Origin: Candidatus Methanimicrococcus labiotermitis
GTDB taxonomy: Archaea; Halobacteriota; Methanosarcinia; Methanosarcinales; Methanosarcinaceae
Length of the DNA: 64,000 bases
Direction: 5' to 3'
Assembly: GCA_009784005.1 (NCBI GenBank)
Contig: WRCE01000003.1
Span: 10,519 to 74,518 of the forward strand
This document shows positions 58,532 through 64,000 of the stretch, in pieces. Both the position numbers and the translations under genes were made by a program. Under the pieces are notes generated by a model. The model did no database searches. It saw nothing but the letters and a program-made list of their open reading frames with translations, and was not told the origin of the DNA. How positions within the stretch are numbered: position 1 is the stretch's first letter; each line of letters opens with the position of its first letter.

Positions 58532-58622
58532 ATGACTATAATAAGTATGGGAAGAATAAAAAGATACCGGTAAGGACTATTTCTGAAAAATATAAAAAAG
58601 AAAAAGTAACGGGAAATCCCCA

Positions 58623-60089
58623 TTACTTCAAATTCTCTTTTGCCCATTCATATCCGGCTTTCAAAATCTGCAGATTCAGCTCAATCAATTTGGGCCTGTC
58701 CGCGAATGATTCCGCAATCGCCTTTTCAAATTCTTTTTCGGTCAAATCGACTTGGCCGAGTGACAAAATAACGCCGAGCATAACCGTGTTCACGGCTTTT
58801 GCGGATCCGCTTTTCATTGCGATGTCAACGGCGGGGACGCAATACGCTTTCACGCCGGCGGGCGGCGTGTAATTGTCAACGGATGAGTCGTAGATTAAGT
58901 AGCTGCCGGGGCCGACGTCTTTGTCAAACTTCTCAAGCGAGGGGCGGTTAAGCGCAACCAAGATGTCAGGCGTGTAAACGACGGGAGAGCCGATTGGGCG
59001 CGCTGACAAAACGACGGAACAGTTGGCTGTGCCGCCGCGCTGTTCCGGGCCGTATGACGGGTACCATGAGACGTTTTTGCCGCCGTAGATACCTGCCTGA
59101 GCCAAAATCGTGCCCATTGACAAAACGCCCTGACCGCCGAAACCGGCGATTTTTACCAAACACTTCTTAAAGTCCGGGTCAGGCGTTGCGTATTCAACGC
59201 TTTCGACGATGCCGAAAACTTCATCCAGCTTGGCTTTGGAGAAGTCACTGTCGGGGCGAATAAGCGGGGTGGTGTCAGCGATTCTGTCTCTGAAATTGCC
59301 GAGCGGGAATTCTTTTTCCACCTCGTTGTTGATGAAATCAATCGATTCTTTGGAATCTTGTCTCAAGTTGTTCGGGCAGCCGGCGAGGATTTCAACGAAA
59401 GCGTATCCTTTGCCGTCGCGCTGAACTTCAAGCGCTTTCTTAATAGCGATTTTTGCTTTTCGGATGTGTTTGATATCAGAAACCGACACGCGCTCGATGA
59501 AGACGGGCGCCGTCAGGTTGCTCAAAATCTCACACATGTGAAGCGGGAAACCGGTATAGTCAGAGTTTCGGCCTTCCTGACAAGTGGTGGTGATTTCACC
59601 GACAAGCGTGGTTGGGGCCATCTGACCGCCGGTCATGCCGTAAATTGTGTTGTTGACGAAAAAGACACACATCTTTTCGCCGCGGTTGGCAGCCTGAATC
59701 GTCTCGTTGAGGCCGATAGACGCCAAATCGCCGTCGCCCTGATAAGACATGACGACCGCGTTGTCACGCGCGCGGGAAATGCCCGTTCCGACCGCAGGCG
59801 CGCGGCCGTGAGCGGCTTGGACGTTGCCGATATCAAAGTAATAGTAAGCGAAAACGGCGCAACCGACCGGGCTGATTAAAACGCAGCGGTCCTGAATGCC
59901 GAGGTCATCAATCGCTTCACCGATCAATTTGTGGATGATGCCGTGGCCGCAGCCTGAGCAATAGTGCGTTGCCGTCGGCGCGGCGCCGCCTTTTCTGAGA
60001 TAAATCTCATTCATGCTGTCGGGTCTTTTGTATACCTTTTCCGAACCCGGAGCACTGCATTTTTTCTGAATTTCACCGGCCATTTTCAC
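58623..60089 (-). CDS. korB: 2-oxoacid:ferredoxin oxidoreductase, fused beta (TPP-binding) and gamma subunits
   Basis: The N-terminal half is a TPP-binding beta subunit (YCSGCGHG..., GDGD). The C-terminal ~190 aa are gamma-like ([14 protein letters not shown]...SYGPEQRGG). Confidence 0.88.
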   Translation of the reverse strand: MKMAGEIQKKCSAPGSEKVYKRPDSMNEIYLRKGGAAPTATHYCSGCGHGIIHKLIGEAIDDLGIQDRCVLISPVGCAVFAYYYFDIGNVQAAHGRAPAVGTGISRARDNAVVMSYQGDGDLASIGLNETIQAANRGEKMCVFFVNNTIYGMTGGQMAPTTLVGEITTTCQEGRNSDYTGFPLHMCEILSNLTAPVFIERVSVSDIKHIRKAKIAIKKALEVQRDGKGYAFVEILAGCPNNLRQDSKESIDFINNEVEKEFPLGNFRDRIADTTPLIRPDSDFSKAKLDEVFGIVESVEYATPDPDFKKCLVKIAGFGGQGVLSMGTILAQAGIYGGKNVSWYPSYGPEQRGGTANCSVVLSARPIGSPVVYTPDILVALNRPSLEKFDKDVGPGSYLIYDSSVDNYTPPAGVKAYCVPAVDIAMKSGSAKAVNTVMLGVILSLGQVDLTEKEFEKAIAESFADRPKLIELNLQILKAGYEWAKENLK

Positions 60090-61147
60090 ACCTTCCTGTT
60101 GTTCGCGATGTCGCGAATCTTTGCCATGACTTTCGTGGTTTCAATAACGTTTCCGCCGAGACGGTTGACCAAATCAACGGGGCGCTTGCAGCGAATGGCA
60201 AGCATGATGTCATCGCGCATTTGGCCCGCGCTCATTTCAACGGCAATAAATGTGACGTCGCGTTCGGCAATCTTTTGAATCTCTTTTTCCGGGAACGGGA
60301 AAAGCGTAATCGGGCGGAACAGACCGACTTTTAAGCCTTCTTTTCTGGCTTCGTCAACAGCGCTCTTGGAAATACGGCTGCTGATGCCGTAGGAGACCAA
60401 AACGATGTCTGCGTCATCCGTCATATATTCTTCAAAAAGCGGTTCTTTGTCGCTGATTTCCCGGTACTTTTTCTGAAGTTTTTCATTAAAAGCTTCCTGC
60501 TGCGCGAAGTCCAAGAAGATGGACGAAATCAGGTTTTTCTTGGTTTCTGTATTTCCCGAGACAGCCCAAGTTGTGTCAATGACGGGCGCAATCGCTTCTT
60601 TGGGGAAGACGACAGGCTCCATCATTTGGCCCAAAACGCCGTCAGACAGAATGATGACGGGGTTTCTGTATTTGAAAGCCAAGTCAAATCCTTTGTATGT
60701 CAAATCGCACATTTCCTGAACCGAATTCGGCGCCAGAACGATGCATTTGTAATTGCCGTGGCCGCCGCTTTTGACAGCTTGGTTGTAGTCCGCTTGTTCG
60801 GGGCCGATGTTGCCGAGACCGGGGCCCGCGCGCTGGATGTCAACAATCACTGCCGGCAATTCGGCGCCGGCCAAATAGGAAAGGCCTTCCTGCTTCAAAC
60901 TCATGCCGGGGCCGGCCGATGCCGTCAAAACGCGGTGGCCTGCTGCCGCCGCGCCGTAGACCATATTGATGGCCGCTTCTTCGGATTCCGCCTGAACCAT
61001 TTTGCGCCCGACTTTTGGGAAGTAATGTGACGCTTCGTGAAGAATTTCATTGGCGGGCGTAATCGGGTAACCGAAATAACAGTCGCATCCGGCATACATC
61101 GCGCCGATGATAACGGCCGTGTTTCCTTTAACCAATCGAACAGACAT
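60086..61147 (-). CDS. korA: 2-oxoacid:ferredoxin oxidoreductase alpha subunit
   Basis: [30 protein letters not shown] is typical of KorA/PorA-type alpha subunits. Overlaps korB by 4 nt. Confidence 0.9.
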   Translation of the reverse strand: MSVRLVKGNTAVIIGAMYAGCDCYFGYPITPANEILHEASHYFPKVGRKMVQAESEEAAINMVYGAAAAGHRVLTASAGPGMSLKQEGLSYLAGAELPAVIVDIQRAGPGLGNIGPEQADYNQAVKSGGHGNYKCIVLAPNSVQEMCDLTYKGFDLAFKYRNPVIILSDGVLGQMMEPVVFPKEAIAPVIDTTWAVSGNTETKKNLISSIFLDFAQQEAFNEKLQKKYREISDKEPLFEEYMTDDADIVLVSYGISSRISKSAVDEARKEGLKVGLFRPITLFPFPEKEIQKIAERDVTFIAVEMSAGQMRDDIMLAIRCKRPVDLVNRLGGNVIETTKVMAKIRDIANNRKV

Positions 61148-61150
61148 AAT

Positions 61151-61402
61151 TTAAGCCTCCGCTTTTTCTTTTTTCGGTACGTGTACAGAAACGGCGTTGG
61201 GTTCGGGGCAGGTGTAGAAGCAGTTGCTGCATCCGCTGCATCCCTCTCCTTTGTATGTGACAAAGGCGTAACCGCGCTCGTTCAAAACTGTTCCGAGCTC
61301 CAAAACATGTTTCGGGCACTCCAAAACACAGCGGCCGCAGGCCTTGCATTCCAGTGCGTGAATAACAGGATAAGGAGATTGTTTCTCTTGTGTATCAGAC
61401 AT
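61151..61402 (-). CDS. korD: 2-oxoacid:ferredoxin oxidoreductase delta subunit (2x[4Fe-4S] ferredoxin)
   Basis: Two Cys clusters: CKACGRCVLECP and CSGCSNCFYTCP. Confidence 0.85.
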   Translation of the reverse strand: MSDTQEKQSPYPVIHALECKACGRCVLECPKHVLELGTVLNERGYAFVTYKGEGCSGCSNCFYTCPEPNAVSVHVPKKEKAEA

Positions 61403-61662
61403 TGTTCACCTCTATAAAAACAACTTGAGAAGCCTCTATAAAAAATAACTTGAAGAGAGTCGCTCATCATTTTTAACCTATTGGAAGGAATAACAATATT
61501 TAAAATTAATGAGAGTGAGAGAACAAACCGCCAAGACAAATGACAAATAAAAACGACGGCGGAAAAGGTCCGCCGATAAATAAAAGAAAAAGAAAACAAT
61601 TGCAGTAAACCGAATTGTTTTGAAATTATTTTTGAGTTGTTGTGAAGTTGTTGAAAATTCAA

Positions 61663-61757
61663 GATTGTTCAGAATGTTCTGATTGTTCAGAATGTTCTGA
61701 TTGTTCAGAATGTTCTGATTGTTCAGAATGTTCTGATTATTCAGAATATTCAGAAAA
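61663..61757. repeat. Intergenic minisatellite, 18-bp unit (GATTGTTCAGAATGTTCT), about 5 copies
   Basis: Read directly between korD and the acyl-CoA synthetase gene. Confidence 0.88.
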
Positions 61758-61771
61758 CTGCAGCGGCTTAA

Positions 61772-63490
61772 TTATTTTTTGGGAGCGCCGGCGTCTTCTT
61801 CGCGGATTTCAACACGGCGGATTTTGCCGCTGATTGTTTTGGGAAGCTCAGTCACGAATTCGATGTGGCGCGGATATTTGTAAGGCGCCGTGATGTTTTT
61901 GACGTGGTCCTGAAGTTCCTCTTTGAGTTTATCGGAAGCTTTTTCTTTGTAATCCTTCGTCAAAACGATTGTCGCCTTCACCGCTTGACCGCGGACAGGG
62001 TCGGGAACGCCGGTGATTGCGCATTCTAAAACGGCGGGGTGCTGAATCAGCGCGCTTTCGACTTCGAAGGGACCGATTTTGTAGCCTGAACTTTTGATGA
62101 TGTCGTCGGTTCTGCCCACGAACCAGTAGTAACCATCTTCGTCACACCAAGCGGTGTCGCCCGTGTGATAAAATCCGTCATACCAAACATCGTCCGTCTT
62201 TTTCTCGTCGTATTTGTAACAGGAGAAGAAGCCGGGCGGCAGCGCCGAGATGTTTTTGGAACCGGGGCCTTCGGCGACGCGAATAACGATTTCACCCTCT
62301 TCGCCGACGTCGCATTTTTTGCCGTCGGGGCCGAGAATCATGATGTCATAACACGGAACGGGCTTGCCCATTGAGCCGGGTTTTGGTGTCATCCACGGCA
62401 GAGTCGCGATACACACGATTAATTCCGTTTGGCCGTAGCCTTCCATGAGCTGCATGCCGGTGAATGATTTGAATTTTTCAAAGACTTCGGGATTGAGCGG
62501 CTCGCCGGCAACGACGCAGTACTGAAGCGTGCTGAAGTCGTATTGGGATAAGTCTTCTTTGATGAAGAAACGGTAAGTTGTCGGCGGCGCGCAAAATGTC
62601 GTTACGCCGTACCGAGAGATTTTGTTCATCATGTTGCCCGCGTCAAACTTCGCGAAATCGTAAATGAAAACGGCCGCGCCGCAAATCCATTGACCGTAGA
62701 TTTTGCCCCAGACGCATTTCGCCCAGCCGCTGTCCGCCATTGTGTAGTGAAGGCCGTCATCGGTGACGTTTTGCCAATAGGCGGCTGTTAAGATGTGGCC
62801 GAGCGGATAGGTGAAGTTGTGGCAGACCATTTTCGGAAAACCGGTGGTGCCGGATGAGAAGTAATAGAGCATATCATCTGTGTTGATGACCGCTTGGTCG
62901 CCGGTCGGCCGGACAAAGTCGGCGGAGGACGCTTCGAGTTCCGCGACAAAGTCAAGCCAGCCTTCTGCGCCTTTTGAGTTGCCGCCGACATTGAATTTCA
63001 GGAAGTTAGGTTTGTTCAGCTGGCGAAGCGCTTCTTCAAAGCTCAAATCGAGTTCGCCTTCTGAAATGCCGACAACGGCAACCGCGCCCGACTTTTCAAG
63101 GCGGTAAGCGATGTCGCGGACTTTGAGCATATGCGTTGCGGGAACGGCAATCGCGCCGAGTTTGTGAAGCGCGGGAAGACAAACCCAAAACAAGTAATGG
63201 CTTTTCAATGTCAAAATGACGGGGGAGCCTTTTTTGATGCCGTGTTTTTTGAACAGGTTGGCCGCTTTGTCGGTTTGTGTTTTTAATTGTTTGAATGTGT
63301 AAGTTTGTTCGTTGTCAAAGTCATCACACCAAACGAACGCGATTTTATCGGGGTCTTCTTCGGCGTAGCGGTCAATCACATCAAAAGCAAAATTAAAATT
63401 ATCCGGAACATCGATTCGGAAATTGTCTTTAAACTCTTCATAAGATGTAAATTCTGTTTTTGGAACAAAGTGACGGATCAGGTTACTCAT
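61772..63490 (-). CDS. AMP-forming acyl-CoA synthetase (medium-chain/ACSM-like)
   Basis: AMP-binding signature [13 protein letters not shown], plus the GYGQTE and ...TGD...DEDGY.W..GR.DD motifs. Confidence 0.9.
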   Translation of the reverse strand: MSNLIRHFVPKTEFTSYEEFKDNFRIDVPDNFNFAFDVIDRYAEEDPDKIAFVWCDDFDNEQTYTFKQLKTQTDKAANLFKKHGIKKGSPVILTLKSHYLFWVCLPALHKLGAIAVPATHMLKVRDIAYRLEKSGAVAVVGISEGELDLSFEEALRQLNKPNFLKFNVGGNSKGAEGWLDFVAELEASSADFVRPTGDQAVINTDDMLYYFSSGTTGFPKMVCHNFTYPLGHILTAAYWQNVTDDGLHYTMADSGWAKCVWGKIYGQWICGAAVFIYDFAKFDAGNMMNKISRYGVTTFCAPPTTYRFFIKEDLSQYDFSTLQYCVVAGEPLNPEVFEKFKSFTGMQLMEGYGQTELIVCIATLPWMTPKPGSMGKPVPCYDIMILGPDGKKCDVGEEGEIVIRVAEGPGSKNISALPPGFFSCYKYDEKKTDDVWYDGFYHTGDTAWCDEDGYYWFVGRTDDIIKSSGYKIGPFEVESALIQHPAVLECAITGVPDPVRGQAVKATIVLTKDYKEKASDKLKEELQDHVKNITAPYKYPRHIEFVTELPKTISGKIRRVEIREEDAGAPKK

Positions 63491-63532
63491 AAATCTCTCT
63501 CGTAAATTCGTAAATGGTATTTCAGGTATAAT

Positions 63533-63640
63533 CGTGAATCATAAAGCGTGAATCATAAAGCGTGAATCATTATAGTGTGAATCATAAAGCGTGAATCATA
63601 AAGCGTGAATCATAAAGCGTGAATCGTGAATCGTAAATCG
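63533..63640. repeat. Intergenic minisatellite, 14-bp unit (GTGAATCATAAAGC), about 7 copies
   Basis: Read directly upstream of the acyl-CoA synthetase gene. Confidence 0.88.
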
Positions 63641-63679
63641 CTGAATTGTATGCTGAATTGTGCGCATTGAATTGACAAA

Positions 63680-64000
63680 TTATAATATGATTGCCAAGAA
63701 CTTGGCCGGCTTGCCGCCCAATGCTTTCATCGCGTGCGGATAGTTGGAATCAAAGTAAATTGAATCGCCCGGATTCAAAATGACTTCGTTGCCGTGGATA
63801 TAAATTTTTAAGCTGCCCTCTAAAATGTAATTGAGTTCCTGGCCCGGGTGGGCGTGAAGTGTCGGTTCTTCTTCTTTGGGCTCGGCCGTTACGATAAACG
63901 GTTCTATTTTTTTGCCGATGAACTTTTCCGCCAATGACTGATATTTGTACTGGCTGCGGCGCTCAACGGTGACGCCTTTCCCGTCGCGTGTGACCGTAAA
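63680..64000 (-). CDS. Cupin-domain protein, probably the C-terminal half of an XRE-cupin regulator; the gene runs off the right edge
   Basis: The frame stays open upstream of the track start (...[27 protein letters not shown]...). Cupin motifs [14 protein letters not shown] and [12 protein letters not shown]. Confidence 0.7.
   Translation of the reverse strand, partial: FTVTRDGKGVTVERRSQYKYQSLAEKFIGKKIEPFIVTAEPKEEEPTLHAHPGQELNYILEGSLKIYIHGNEVILNPGDSIYFDSNYPHAMKALGGKPAKFLAIIL

Larger units (their letters stand above)
49800..58600. other. AT-rich accessory island with two convergent Dcm-anchored operons (putative horizontally acquired defence island)
   Basis: A spot count of one 60-nt line inside the island gave about 37% G+C, against about 45% and 55% for two backbone lines. 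The island holds six genes in two tightly overlapping operons. It sits between DUF1292/MATE and korB. I found no integrase, tRNA or flanking direct repeat. Confidence 0.6.

Overview
Archaeal chromosome segment from a methanogen. The gene content (SepRS plus SepCysS, PurP, Dph2, Csl4/Rpo11, KorDAB) and a very Methanosarcina-like MtaA suggest a methyl-reducing, Methanosarcinales-like lineage; that placement is inference. I call about 49 protein genes and can support no rRNA, tRNA or CRISPR array. The backbone is information processing and core metabolism: SepCysS (partial), Rpo11, Csl4, a METTL5-like methylase, Dph2, Hpt, NrdD plus glutaredoxin, TYW1, TyrRS, SepRS, a presenilin-like protease, TruA, Trm5, Sec61beta, an NT5C nucleotidase, MtnA, RadB, a RecJ-like protein, PurB, peroxiredoxin, an SSF transporter, PurP, an S-layer-like protein with two MacB-type permeases, a CobW-like GTPase, MtaA, MATE, KorDAB(G), an acyl-CoA synthetase and a cupin regulator (partial). 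Three AT-richer accessory insertions interrupt it: a GHKL ATPase plus STAS-like pair (5.2-6.7 kb), a TcmP plus Gp37/Gp68 pair (16.6-18.5 kb), and an 8.8-kb island (about 49.8-58.6 kb) with two cytosine-methyltransferase-anchored operons. The best candidate for an undescribed system is the operon at 53750-58531: Dcm, then an 885-aa protein joining a MORC/Hsp90-type GHKL module to a histidine-kinase module, then a receiver-domain protein with a C-terminal HEPN (RNIFAH) motif. It reads as a methylation-linked, phosphorelay-controlled RNase defence module. Three other signals stand out. (1) None of the 48 gene 3' ends I checked uses TAG, while two housekeeping genes carry a seamless in-frame TAG, which fits pyrrolysine or amber decoding. 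(2) Almost every intergenic spacer holds its own tandem minisatellite, and several spill in frame into housekeeping genes. (3) There are two families of long, hairpin-rich composite repeats. The ORF track misses the truncated SepCysS, the 59-aa Sec61beta and both TAG-bridged genes. Repeat coordinates are approximate (about +/-10 nt). All homology calls come from motif recognition by eye, not from searches.
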